Below the pieces are notes generated by a model. It saw only the letters and a list, made by a program, of their open reading frames with translations, did not search any database and was not told the origin of the DNA. Shown here in pieces: positions 18,060 through 27,287 of a stretch of DNA of 64,000 nucleotides (positions are counted from its first letter, which is position 1; every line of letters starts with the position of its first letter). This stretch comes from Chthoniobacteraceae bacterium (GTDB lineage: Bacteria; Verrucomicrobiota; Verrucomicrobiia; Chthoniobacterales; Chthoniobacteraceae). The stretch spans positions 1 to 64,000 of the forward strand of contig JBBCKI010000071.1 in NCBI GenBank assembly GCA_037190965.1. Reading direction: 5' to 3'. A program made the position numbers and the translations under genes.

Positions 18060-19229
18060 ATGCGCACCCGGCAGTTTCTATTTCTCGTCCTGATCGCGGG
18101 ACTCGTCCTGATGCGGGAATCGCGCATCGAGCCGCTTGCCTCGGTGGAAAACAGCTTCGCCTCCTGGCTGAACACCAACGCCAAACGGGAGCCGAGCCGC
18201 GCGCCGCTCGTGCTGTTGGAGATCACCGATGATGATTTGAGCGCCACCCCGTGGCCATGGAGCCCGTTCGACTTCTCGTTAGCCGTCAGTGCCGCCCTCT
18301 CCTTCGAGCCTGCCGTGCTGGCGCTGGAGCCGGTGCTTTCGTGGGAGGCCGCCAAAACCGAGCAGATCACGCTTCTTCATCACCAGCTCCTGAGGGTTCC
18401 AAAGCTATTGCTTGGAGCGGATCTGGGAGTTTCGAGCACCCTCCTCCCGCCGCTGCAGGAGATCCCCCTGCTCCCGCATGTGAAGGGCGAGACCGGCGCT
18501 TTGCCCGAGTACAATGCCGTCGCGCAGCGTCCGGTGGAAGAATTGCGCCTGGCTGGCGCGCTCGGCTTTGAGAATCTTCCAGGGCGCGGTGAAACCCTTC
18601 AGAGAGTGCCGCTGGTCTTTCGCTATTATGGACACGTCGTGCCGTCCTTCGTGTTGCAGGCGGCGATGCTCTGGTACGGGGTGACGCCCGATGAAGTCAC
18701 GGTCGTCCCGGGGGGATATGTGGCGCTGGGAGAGGCCGTTCGTATCCCGATTGACGCGCGGGGAACTTTTGCCGTTGATTTCGGCATCCCGATCACGCGG
18801 CTTTCCGTGGGCGATCTGATACTGGCCGCCGCACAGGATCAGAAGCCTACAGCGGGAGCGGCCCCGCGCATCAAGGGCTCGTTCGCTCTCGTCGCGCGCA
18901 ATGATGGCGCTTCGCGCATGCTTCACTTTGCCAATCGCTCCGGTTCACGCGGGGAGTTCTTTGCGCAATCGATCGCGACGATCCAGCAGCAGGCGTTCAT
19001 CCGGCGCATCCCGGTTTACGGCGAAGCATGCATTATCGCCGCGGGAATCGCCCTGGCCTGGTATGCCTCGCGGAAAAGCAGGCTCGCCACCGTCACGCTG
19101 GGCGTCGCCGCCGTCGCCGCCTACATGCTTATCGCCCTCGGCATCTTTGCCGGAACCTTCATCGCCCTGCCGCTGCTGCTGCCGGTGGGTCTGATCGGGT
19201 TCGTCGTGCTTCTCCGGTTAATTGACTAA
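18060..19229 (+). CDS. CHASE2-like sensor domain membrane protein lacking an output domain
   Basis: N-terminal TM, LLEITDDDL...PWPW, GFENL, RVPLV, IPIDARG, C-terminal TM helices then stop. Confidence 0.7.
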   Translation: MRTRQFLFLVLIAGLVLMRESRIEPLASVENSFASWLNTNAKREPSRAPLVLLEITDDDLSATPWPWSPFDFSLAVSAALSFEPAVLALEPVLSWEAAKTEQITLLHHQLLRVPKLLLGADLGVSSTLLPPLQEIPLLPHVKGETGALPEYNAVAQRPVEELRLAGALGFENLPGRGETLQRVPLVFRYYGHVVPSFVLQAAMLWYGVTPDEVTVVPGGYVALGEAVRIPIDARGTFAVDFGIPITRLSVGDLILAAAQDQKPTAGAAPRIKGSFALVARNDGASRMLHFANRSGSRGEFFAQSIATIQQQAFIRRIPVYGEACIIAAGIALAWYASRKSRLATVTLGVAAVAAYMLIALGIFAGTFIALPLLLPVGLIGFVVLLRLID

Positions 19230-19687
19230 GCGGGCTTGGTGCAATCTTTGCAAACGCCGTAAAAGGCGAATTCGTGATGGAGCCCGCGAAATCCGTATTC
19301 TTCTTCCAACTGGCGTTCCAACCGGGCTCCCGGGCAAGTGATTTGCAGATTTTGGACCGTCGCGCATTCCGTGCAGACGACGTAATCATTGTGCTGCTCT
19401 CCCGGCATTCCCATCGTGAAGAACGGCGGCTTCTCCCGAACCGTGATTCGGCGGACCAATCCGATCTCCTCCAATTTGACCAGAAGCCGGAAAACCGTGC
19501 TCGGGTTGCAAAGCTCATTCAAAGGGGAGGAATCGCTCAACGTCCTCCAGTTAACCGGCCCGGATTGCGCCAAAAACCCCAGCAATGCATCGCGCGCCCG
19601 GGTCTTTCGCAGACCTTTGTCGTGGCAATACTGAAAGGCCCACGCCAGCCTCTCGGCTTTCGCGGCTGCTGTTTTGTTCGGCTTCAC
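19226..19687 (-). CDS. Fur-family transcriptional regulator (Zur-like)
   Basis: GLRKTRAR, STVFRLL..LEEIGLV, HNDYVVCTEC, FYGVCKDC. Confidence 0.88.
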   Translation of the reverse strand: MKPNKTAAAKAERLAWAFQYCHDKGLRKTRARDALLGFLAQSGPVNWRTLSDSSPLNELCNPSTVFRLLVKLEEIGLVRRITVREKPPFFTMGMPGEQHNDYVVCTECATVQNLQITCPGARLERQLEEEYGFRGLHHEFAFYGVCKDCTKPA

Positions 19688-19753
19688 TCTCCGGCAACTA
19701 TGACATCGCCGAATTTAAGGATCAACCCCCTTTGAGGCGTCGCCCGCGGCCTT

Positions 19754-20989
19754 TTACTCCGCCTCCAGCCATGCCGGAAAGGGATCGACGAACCGCTCAG
19801 GCCAAAGCGTCGGCCCTGATACCATTTCCTGATCCGTCAGAAGGCATTCGTTCAACCGATCCAGCATCGCTTTCTTCGGGAGATTCTGACCGATAAACAC
19901 CAGCTCCTGGCGCCGGTCCCCGAAAGGCTCCAGCCATTCCCTTTCGATGCTTTCAAGCATGGCTTCATCCTCCGGCCAGCAATCGCGTGGGGTCGTCGCC
20001 CACCAGAATCCCACCGGTCGATGCTCTGCCGTACCCCCGGCCTGCGACCATTGCCCAATGATGTCATGCCGTGTGGCCAGCCAGAAAAACCCTTTCGAAC
20101 GAAGCAACCCGGGCCACTCCTCGTTCATGAAATTCCAAAAGCGCTCGGGATGAAACGGTCGGCGGCCGCGAAACACGAAGCTCGAAATCCCGTATTCTTC
20201 CGTTTCCGGGGTGTGTGTTCCGGCCAGCTCTTTGAGCCATCCTGCCGAAGCCTGCGCTTCTTCCATATCGAAAAGACCCGTATCGAGAAGTCGGCTCAGC
20301 TCGACACGACCCCGAATGCAGGGGATGACGCGCGCTCCCGGGTTCAGCTTCTGCAAGATCATCATGAGATCGGATAGCCGTTCCGGTTTTGCGAGATCCG
20401 CCTTGTTGATCACGATGACGTTGGCGAACTCGATCTGACTGATCAGCAAATCCGCCAAAGAACGTTCGTCACCCTCGCCTGCTGCCAGTTCGATTTCCGA
20501 TAGCAGATCGGTCGATTGAAAATAGGCCAGAAAGCTGGATGCATCCACGACCGTCACCATGGTATCCAGACGGGCCAGGTCGTTGAGTCCCCGGCCTTCC
20601 TCATCCAAAAAGGTGAAGGTCTGCGCAACGGGGAGCGGCTCTGAAATTCCGGTGGATTCGATGAGGAGGTAGTCAAAACGGCCCTCCGATGCCAACCTGG
20701 AGACCTCTTTCAGCAGGTCGTCACGAAGGGTGCAGCAGATGCATCCATTGCTCAGTTCAACGAGTTTTTCCTCCGTCCGGCTGAGGCGGGAGTCGCCGTT
20801 GCGGACTAGGGAGGCGTCGATGTTCACTTCGCTCATGTCGTTGACGATTACTGCAACTCGCTTGCCTTCACGATTTGCCAGGATGTGGTTGAGCAACGTC
20901 GTTTTCCCCGCCCCGAGAAATCCGGAAAGGACCGTTACAGGAAGGCGCGCGTTAAGTTTCAAGGCCGGTGCCGAGGGAGCAGAATTCAT
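19754..20989 (-). CDS. COG0523/CobW-family G3E GTPase, zinc metallochaperone (YciC/ZigA-like)
   Basis: [58 protein letters not shown]. Confidence 0.95.
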   Translation of the reverse strand: MNSAPSAPALKLNARLPVTVLSGFLGAGKTTLLNHILANREGKRVAVIVNDMSEVNIDASLVRNGDSRLSRTEEKLVELSNGCICCTLRDDLLKEVSRLASEGRFDYLLIESTGISEPLPVAQTFTFLDEEGRGLNDLARLDTMVTVVDASSFLAYFQSTDLLSEIELAAGEGDERSLADLLISQIEFANVIVINKADLAKPERLSDLMMILQKLNPGARVIPCIRGRVELSRLLDTGLFDMEEAQASAGWLKELAGTHTPETEEYGISSFVFRGRRPFHPERFWNFMNEEWPGLLRSKGFFWLATRHDIIGQWSQAGGTAEHRPVGFWWATTPRDCWPEDEAMLESIEREWLEPFGDRRQELVFIGQNLPKKAMLDRLNECLLTDQEMVSGPTLWPERFVDPFPAWLEAE

Positions 20990-20992
20990 GGC

Positions 20993-21703
20993 TTAAGGAA
21001 TATTGGCAGGGATCGCCGCAGGGTTGATCCCTTTGTCGAAGATTTTTTTCATGGACGCGGCGGAGATGTTTTCCACATGCCCGTCCATATAGAGATAGTT
21101 TGCAGAGCCTTTGAGCCGATCCGCTGCCCTCACGCCCGTGCGATGCCGGTCCGGCTCGGTGTCGTCGAGAAAAGCATACCATGTTAGCCAGCCATCAGAG
21201 TGGGTATGATCATGCGCGGGGCCGGGCTTTTTCTTATCTGCCGAGAGAATAAACATGGAAAGAGTCGCTGATGGGACCGGCAGGTTGGACAAACGGTTGA
21301 AGGCGGGATCATCGAAGACGAGATTGTTGAGCACATAACTCGTCGCCTTTTGCTTCAGGATGTATTGCTTCCGTTCACTTTCGTCGGCCGGGCAAACCCT
21401 GACGCTGTCAAGGTTGCCCAGGTAGTCGGAAAGAAGATAGATCCAGCTTTCTCCGATATAGCGAATGCCCGTTGTGTGGCTCGTCGGGGGAAGGCAGCCG
21501 TCGTGATCGCAGGCGTAGAGAGACAATGCCATGCCGATCTGGCGCATGTTTGACAAGCAGGCCGCCCGATTCGAAGTCATCATGCTGTGCGAGATGACAC
21601 TCAGAATCAATCCCGCCAAAACAGCGATGATCCCGCAGGCCAGCATGACCTCCAGCAAGCTGAAACCACGCCTCTTTTCCTGTGAAAACACGACAAGTGA
21701 CAA
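20993..21703 (-). CDS. Prepilin-type N-methylation protein with H-X9-DG-like C-terminal motif
   Basis: RRG|FSLLEVMLACGIIAVLAGLI, CLSNMRQIG, CPAD, HDHTH, DRH...ANYLYMDGHV. Confidence 0.9.
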   Translation of the reverse strand: MSLVVFSQEKRRGFSLLEVMLACGIIAVLAGLILSVISHSMMTSNRAACLSNMRQIGMALSLYACDHDGCLPPTSHTTGIRYIGESWIYLLSDYLGNLDSVRVCPADESERKQYILKQKATSYVLNNLVFDDPAFNRLSNLPVPSATLSMFILSADKKKPGPAHDHTHSDGWLTWYAFLDDTEPDRHRTGVRAADRLKGSANYLYMDGHVENISAASMKKIFDKGINPAAIPANIP

Positions 21704-21717
21704 TGCTTAAAAATGGA

Positions 21718-21746
21718 CCTCCACGACCCTTTTCAGGCCGTGGAGG
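21718..21746 (-). terminator. Intra-operon stem-loop after the PEP-CTERM gene
   Basis: CCTCCACG...CGTGGAGG stem, followed on the minus strand by TCCATTTTT. Confidence 0.55.
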
Positions 21747-21758
21747 CGCGAGGCATCA

Positions 21759-22595
21759 CTAGCGAGCTGGCCGCCGCCTGATGCGGGAAACCAGCACCCC
21801 ACCCACGGCCACACCGATAAGCGCCACCGAGGAAGGCTCGGGAATCACATGAAAACCAAAGGTGCCCATCGCGGTCTTTTCTCCATCGACGAGATGAGTT
21901 CCGCTGAATTCGAGCGTCAGCTCATAATACCCCGGAGCGGTAAACGCCCAATTGTAGTGTTCGTGACCGCCGGCGTAGAGTCCGTAGGAATTTTCACCCC
22001 ATGGTCCGCCGTCGCCCTCGTCAGGGTAAGTCGCCCCCAAAGTCAAAGAAGGAGCATAGGTGGAGAAGAGAAGATCCGTGAGTTGAGAGCCACCCGCGTT
22101 TGAATTGTAGAGAGCGAAATGACCGGGTCCGGTCCAGCTCTTCAATGTGATAACGATGGTATCACCAAGCCACTCGCCTAGTCCGATTTCCTCCGCTCCC
22201 AATCCAAGATCCGGCTTTCCGGCGGCAGTAGCTCCGCTTTTAGGGAGAACCCAGATACTCTCTCCGGCAGCGACACCCAGCACGGGCACTCCGGTCGGAT
22301 CAAAAGAAGCGGAGGCAGGACGAGCCTGTGGCAGATTGGGAACAATAGCTACAAGGTCTTCCGGTGCATATTCCGACTGCGGAGGCGGCGTCTGCCCATC
22401 CACTTTAGCCCCGAGGCCAACATGCCAGTGAGGGATCAATTCGCCATCCTCATAACCAATCCCTATGTCGGCATGGCCGAGGGAATAGCTGCTTTGTGCG
22501 ACTGCATTGGAAGCGGCAGTCATGAGGGTGAAAGCCCCTACCAGGACCGAGGCCGCCAAGGTTCGAACTTTTCGTGAATCGAGGGTGAGTTTCAT
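21759..22595 (-). CDS. PEP-CTERM surface protein with a His-rich domain resembling TIGR03769/choice-of-anchor M
   Basis: Signal peptide; GHADIG, PHWHV, WVLP, GPGHFALY, GGHEHYNWAFTAPGYYELT; IPEPSS, TM and RIRRR. Confidence 0.88.
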   Translation of the reverse strand: MKLTLDSRKVRTLAASVLVGAFTLMTAASNAVAQSSYSLGHADIGIGYEDGELIPHWHVGLGAKVDGQTPPPQSEYAPEDLVAIVPNLPQARPASASFDPTGVPVLGVAAGESIWVLPKSGATAAGKPDLGLGAEEIGLGEWLGDTIVITLKSWTGPGHFALYNSNAGGSQLTDLLFSTYAPSLTLGATYPDEGDGGPWGENSYGLYAGGHEHYNWAFTAPGYYELTLEFSGTHLVDGEKTAMGTFGFHVIPEPSSVALIGVAVGGVLVSRIRRRPAR

Positions 22596-22658
22596 AGACT
22601 AAGGTTTTTTCGATCGTTGAGAACGGTGACGAAGATCGCCGTTTCAGCGCGATAGAAA

Positions 22659-22706
22659 ATGCAATCGACTTGCATGTCAAATATAATTGCAATCTATTTG
22701 CATTAT
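22659..22706. promoter_or_regulatory. Tandem TGCAA-N5-TTGCA palindromes (candidate Zur/Fur boxes) adjoining a TTGACA -35 on the minus strand
   Basis: TGCAA-TCGAC-TTGCA (22660-22674) and TGCAA-TCTAT-TTGCA (22688-22702); TGTCAA at 22675-22680 reads TTGACA on the minus strand. Confidence 0.75.
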
Positions 22707-22750
22707 TGGTTTTGAAACTCGCTTTGCGTGATCGAGTGCCGGAAAGAGGC

Positions 22751-22911
22751 CAGGTAGACCGCTCGCGCCGCGAGCGCGGGATCGGTGTGGAGTCGGTCTT
22801 GCGCCCATCCGCGCAGGACGGACTGTTGGTATTGGGATGTAGCCCTTACGAAGCCATGGGAGGCGAACCCTGCGCTCGACGGCGCGAGCGGGCTACCGGT
22901 GCTGCCGCACC
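22751..22911 (+). repeat. REP doublet family A, copy 3
   Basis: CAGGTAGACCGCTCGCGCCGCGAGCGCGGG ... GCGCTCGACGGCGCGAGCGGGCTACCGGTGCTGCCGCACC. Confidence 0.9.
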
Positions 22912-22958
22912 ATGCTTCTTTTTTGTATCAACTCAGCCTTTTGCGCCGGTTCACTGGC

Positions 22959-25760
22959 CTAACCGGTCGTCCTCAACCCGCTGGCAATGGCGTTGATGGA
23001 GAGGAGCAGTTCGGGGAGCATGGCGTCCGCGCCCTGCTCGTCGCCCTCGGCATGCAGCCGCCGCCACTTGCGGAGGAGTTCGATCTCCTGTTCATGCAAG
23101 ACACGGAGCGCTTCGGCACGGAGCTGCAGCGTCTTGAGCATCTTCGGGCGGCGGGCCGTCAATGGGCGGCCGCTGAGTCTTTCCAGAGCGGTTCGCGTCT
23201 TCTCCCATTCGCTGAAGATCAGGCCGAACACCCGCTCGCGCACCGCTTCGTCTTCCACCAGCGACGCATAGGCGCGCATGAGGGTCGGCTCGGTGCTGCT
23301 GAGACTCGATTCGACGTTCGTGAAGAGATAGCTCAAAAACGGCCACGTCTTCATCCCCTCGGCCAGACGCGCGAAATCTTCCGGCGCGGCGGCTTCCAGC
23401 TCCAGCAACGCGGAGCCGACCCCAAACCAGCCCGGCACATAAAACCGCGCCTGGTTCCACGAGAAGACCCATGGAATCGCGCGGAGATCCTGCAACGTCG
23501 GTTGGCCGGTGCGCCGCGCGGGGCGGGAGCCGATGCGGCTGTGTTCCAGCGCGTCGATGGGGGTGGCCTGGCGGTAGAAAGTCATGAACCCGTCAGCTTC
23601 CAGCAGCGAGCGGTACGCCTTGTAGCTAGTCTCCGCGAGGCGCTCCATTACCGGTTCCAGCCCGTGCGCGGGAGGCGGCGAAACTTCATGGCGCAGCGTG
23701 GTGGCGCTGACCCCGGCCACCAGCAGTTCGAGGTTGTAGGAGGCGGTCTCGAAGTTTGCGAACTTCTGGGCAATGGTTTCGCCTTGTTCGGTCACGCGGA
23801 TCTCACCGGCCAGCGAAGCATGCGGGAGCGCTTCCAGGAAGCGGTCCGTGGGGCCCGCGCCCCGGCTTACCGTGCCGCCGCGCCCGTGGAAGCAGCGGAT
23901 CACGATGCCGTTGTCCCGCCCGATCTGCGCAAGGGCGGTCTGCGCTTTTTGCAGCCCCCATTGGCAGGCGAGAATCCCGGCATCCTTGTTGGAATCGCTG
24001 TAGCCGATCATCACCTGCTGCACGAGCCGGTCCTCTCCGTTGGCTCCCATAGACCTTGCAGGATGGCCTGCGATTTCCGTGGCCAGCCGCGCCTGCCAGC
24101 GAAGGCTTCGGCGGGTCATCGGGTGTTCGATAAAGCGGCGCAAAACGCGCGGCGCAAGCTGAAGGTCGGAGACGGTTTCGAAGAGCGGCACCACCGGGAG
24201 CATGCACGCGGGCCCCTCGGGAGTCTGGCGCGTCAGCCCGGCTTCGCGGGCCAGAATGTAGACCACCAGCAGATCGGAGAGCTGCCGGGTCATGCTCACG
24301 ATCAACGCGCCGACGCCCGCCGTCCCGTTGCGCTCGATCTGGGCGGCCAGCACGCGGAAGCAGCGCAGCACCGTGTCCGCTTCCTTCCCCGCCGAAACCC
24401 CGGAGTGCAGGAAGGGGCGGGGCGATTGCAACTCGCGTTCCAGGAACCGGAGCCGCTCCGCTTCGGGCCAGTCGGCAAATTGGCTGCCGTCGATGCCGGC
24501 GGCGGTCAAAAGCTGCGAGAGCGCCTGATCGTGGAACGCCGAGTTCTGCCGGATGTCGAGTTGCGCGAGGTGAAAGCCGAAAAGCTCCACCGCGCGCAGG
24601 ACCGGTTGCACGTCGCCGTCGGCCAGCCGCGCCGCGCCGACCTCGCGTAGCGAGGCATCGAGCAGTTGAAGATCGGCGGCAAGCTCCCGTGAAAAACGGT
24701 ACCCCGTTTCGCGTTCGTGCGCGCCTTCTCCCGCCTCGATCTCCAGCGGCAGCCGGGCCTGCATCAGGTTCACAAATTGCCGCCACGGTTCATCCCCGTG
24801 CATCGCGAGCACGGGGCGGGCGCGATCGCCGAGTTCGGCAATCAGCCGCTCGCGCCCTTCGCGAAGCGAGGCCGGAGGGAGTTGCACCCAGGCGGAGAGG
24901 CTCATCTTTTCCGAAAGCGCCCCGAGCTGCCGGTGCAGCATGAGCAGCGCATTGACACGCAGGGAATTGAGAGTCTCGGCAGTGACTTCCGGAGTCACCA
25001 GAGGATGCCCGTCGCGGTCGCCGCCCACCCAGTTGCCAAAGCGAATTTGCGGGTACTTGCCGCGAAGGATCTCGGGGTCGAACCCTGCGTTGGCCCAAGC
25101 AAAGCGGAGCCGTTCGTCGAGCTTCGGCAGAACCGTGGGGAAAACGTCGCGCAGATAATGCATGACGTTGCGCAACTCATCGGAGACCTGCGGCTTGTGG
25201 GTGAGGATTTCGCCGGTGCGCCAAAGCCTTTCCAGCGTGGCGACGGTCTTCTCGCGCAGGGACGCCGCTTCCGACGGAGTGAGCCCGGGGTTTTCGCGCG
25301 CTTCGATGAGGCTGAAGAGAACCCGGTGTTGTTCGAGCACCGCAAGCCGTTTGGCCTCCGTGGGGTGCGCCGTGAGCACCGGTTCCACGCGCACGCGGGC
25401 CAGCGTGTCGGCGATCTGCGCCGGGGTGAACCCGCTCTCCTTCAGTCGTGCCAGTTGCCGTCCCCAGAGCCCGTGCTCGGCGGCCAACCCCTCGGCGCGT
25501 TCGCGCAGCGAGCGCATATCGGCAGCAGCCAGTTCTTCCGCCATGTTGAGAAGCTGGAACGCGATGGAATAGACTAGCCCCACCCGCGCGGGCACCTTCC
25601 CCTCGGGCGGAGGTGTACCCCGCCAAGGCAGAAACGCCGCCATTTCGCCGTGACCGAGGCTTTCAAGCACCTCGGCCAGGCAATCCATCAAAAAACAAAG
25701 GTCGCGGTCGATCTTTTGAAATCCGACCCCGAGATAATCAGGCTTCTCTTCGCGCACCAC
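22959..25760 (-). CDS. ppc: Phosphoenolpyruvate carboxylase
   Basis: VLTAHPTE, WVGGDRDG, QQVMIGYSDSNKDAG, FHGRGGTVSRG, LRAIPWVFSWNQAR, LRTTG. Confidence 0.97.
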   Translation of the reverse strand: MVREEKPDYLGVGFQKIDRDLCFLMDCLAEVLESLGHGEMAAFLPWRGTPPPEGKVPARVGLVYSIAFQLLNMAEELAAADMRSLRERAEGLAAEHGLWGRQLARLKESGFTPAQIADTLARVRVEPVLTAHPTEAKRLAVLEQHRVLFSLIEARENPGLTPSEAASLREKTVATLERLWRTGEILTHKPQVSDELRNVMHYLRDVFPTVLPKLDERLRFAWANAGFDPEILRGKYPQIRFGNWVGGDRDGHPLVTPEVTAETLNSLRVNALLMLHRQLGALSEKMSLSAWVQLPPASLREGRERLIAELGDRARPVLAMHGDEPWRQFVNLMQARLPLEIEAGEGAHERETGYRFSRELAADLQLLDASLREVGAARLADGDVQPVLRAVELFGFHLAQLDIRQNSAFHDQALSQLLTAAGIDGSQFADWPEAERLRFLERELQSPRPFLHSGVSAGKEADTVLRCFRVLAAQIERNGTAGVGALIVSMTRQLSDLLVVYILAREAGLTRQTPEGPACMLPVVPLFETVSDLQLAPRVLRRFIEHPMTRRSLRWQARLATEIAGHPARSMGANGEDRLVQQVMIGYSDSNKDAGILACQWGLQKAQTALAQIGRDNGIVIRCFHGRGGTVSRGAGPTDRFLEALPHASLAGEIRVTEQGETIAQKFANFETASYNLELLVAGVSATTLRHEVSPPPAHGLEPVMERLAETSYKAYRSLLEADGFMTFYRQATPIDALEHSRIGSRPARRTGQPTLQDLRAIPWVFSWNQARFYVPGWFGVGSALLELEAAAPEDFARLAEGMKTWPFLSYLFTNVESSLSSTEPTLMRAYASLVEDEAVRERVFGLIFSEWEKTRTALERLSGRPLTARRPKMLKTLQLRAEALRVLHEQEIELLRKWRRLHAEGDEQGADAMLPELLLSINAIASGLRTTG

Positions 25761-25821
25761 TTTTTTGTCACCTGCCGGAAGGTTTGTGTCAACAGCGGGA
25801 GGAAGAGAAACCGGTCCGGCT

Positions 25822-26988
25822 TCAAGGTCTGAGTATTTCCACCACCCGGTCGATCTCTTCCACGGTGTTGTAGAAATGCGGGCTCAGGCGGATCAGCTCG
25901 CGCCCTTCGCGATTGTGGCGGAGCGATGCGACGATCTGATTTTCCTCCAGCTTCCGGAAAAGATCCGCCATGGACGCGCGGGGATGATGGAAGGTCGTGA
26001 TCCCGGAGGCGTTGGGGCCGTCGGTGGGGCCGTAGAACTCGAAGCCGAGGGGGCGGAGCGCGCCGACAAGATGCGCTTTCAACTCCAATAGCCGGGCCCC
26101 GACATTCTCGATGCCGTAGCTGTCGATCAACTCCAGCGCCGCCCGCATTCCATAGCAGCCCGAGGCGTTGAGGACCCCCGGTTCGTAGCGGACCGCCGTG
26201 TCGGGAAGGCGGATTTCATCCTGTGCGATGAAGTTGGGCGAAATGACATTCCACGCGCCCAACAAAGTCGGGCGCAACAGAGGGAAATGCTCCTTGCGGA
26301 CAAAAACGATCCCGATGGCCATCGGCCCGAGCATCCACTTGTGGGCGTCCGCGCTCAGGAAATCGACGTGTTCCACCGAGAGCGGAAACGCGCCGAGGGT
26401 CTGGATGGCATCGAGCGAAAACAGCACGCCGCGCTCTTTGAGCAGGCGGCCGATGGCGTCCACGTCGATCCGGTAGCCGGTCAGGAAATGGCACGAGGCG
26501 AGCGCGACCAGCCGGGTGCGCGGGGTGAGCGCGGCAGCGACCAGCTCCGGAGTAATCGCCCCGGGGGCTTCCGGTTTCAGGTAGCGGACCACGACACCGA
26601 GCCGGCGAAGGTCGATCCATGGGTAGACGTTGGCCGGGTAGTCCTCGGCGTAACAAACGACTTCATCGCCGGGAGCCCATGAGAGGCCGTTGGCGAAGAG
26701 GCTCAAACCGAGCGAGGTCGGGCCCAGCAACGCGATTTCGTCGGAATGCCCGCCGATAAACTTCGCGGCGATGGCGCGGGTGCGCTGAAAGTCGCGCAAC
26801 ACCGGGCCGAACTCCTGATGGTCTTCGCTGGAGCGCCGGGTGTAATCGACCACCGCGTCGGCCACGGCGCGCGGCAGAACGGTAACGCCCGCGTGGCCCA
26901 TGAAGATTTTGCGGCGGCAGACCGGAAAGGCTTCCTGTCTCGCCGCCTCGTTCTTGAGAATGGAATCGAAAACGCCGGAATTGCTCAT
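25822..26988 (-). CDS. Class V PLP-dependent aminotransferase / cysteine desulfurase-like
   Basis: DAIQTLG, AHKWMLGP, RLSPHFYN. Confidence 0.88.
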   Translation of the reverse strand: MSNSGVFDSILKNEAARQEAFPVCRRKIFMGHAGVTVLPRAVADAVVDYTRRSSEDHQEFGPVLRDFQRTRAIAAKFIGGHSDEIALLGPTSLGLSLFANGLSWAPGDEVVCYAEDYPANVYPWIDLRRLGVVVRYLKPEAPGAITPELVAAALTPRTRLVALASCHFLTGYRIDVDAIGRLLKERGVLFSLDAIQTLGAFPLSVEHVDFLSADAHKWMLGPMAIGIVFVRKEHFPLLRPTLLGAWNVISPNFIAQDEIRLPDTAVRYEPGVLNASGCYGMRAALELIDSYGIENVGARLLELKAHLVGALRPLGFEFYGPTDGPNASGITTFHHPRASMADLFRKLEENQIVASLRHNREGRELIRLSPHFYNTVEEIDRVVEILRP

Positions 26989-27287
26989 GGGATGGTCTGG
27001 TTGATGGGGGGAGATGGTGGTACTGTGGAGATCGTGCGCGCGGCGTCGGAATCTCGCCGTTCCATCAGCGCATCGGGCATCGCGAGCTTGGTGCTCACCT
27101 CAAACTCACGAATGATGTAGCGTTCGCCTGTCTCCTTGTCCTCCCACCGGGCTTCCCTTGCGAAGAAGTTCGGGCGGGAAACGGGGGGGATCTTGGGCAG
27201 CGGCCTCGTCCCGCTCAGCAGCCAGAAGAGCGCCGCGTGAGCCACGATGACCGCGAGCGCGATCAGGACGATTTGCCTTCGGCTCAT
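26985..27287 (-). CDS. Small membrane-anchored hypothetical protein
   Basis: N-terminal TM; 4-bp overlaps with both neighbours. Confidence 0.7.
   Translation of the reverse strand: MSRRQIVLIALAVIVAHAALFWLLSGTRPLPKIPPVSRPNFFAREARWEDKETGERYIIREFEVSTKLAMPDALMERRDSDAARTISTVPPSPPINQTIP

Noticed and set aside
22785..24650. Long antisense ORFs (also 969-2543, 36473-38230, 37299-39392, 54338-56200, 62622-63911)
   Set aside because: Shadow frames opposite well-supported genes in GC-rich DNA, with no recognisable motifs
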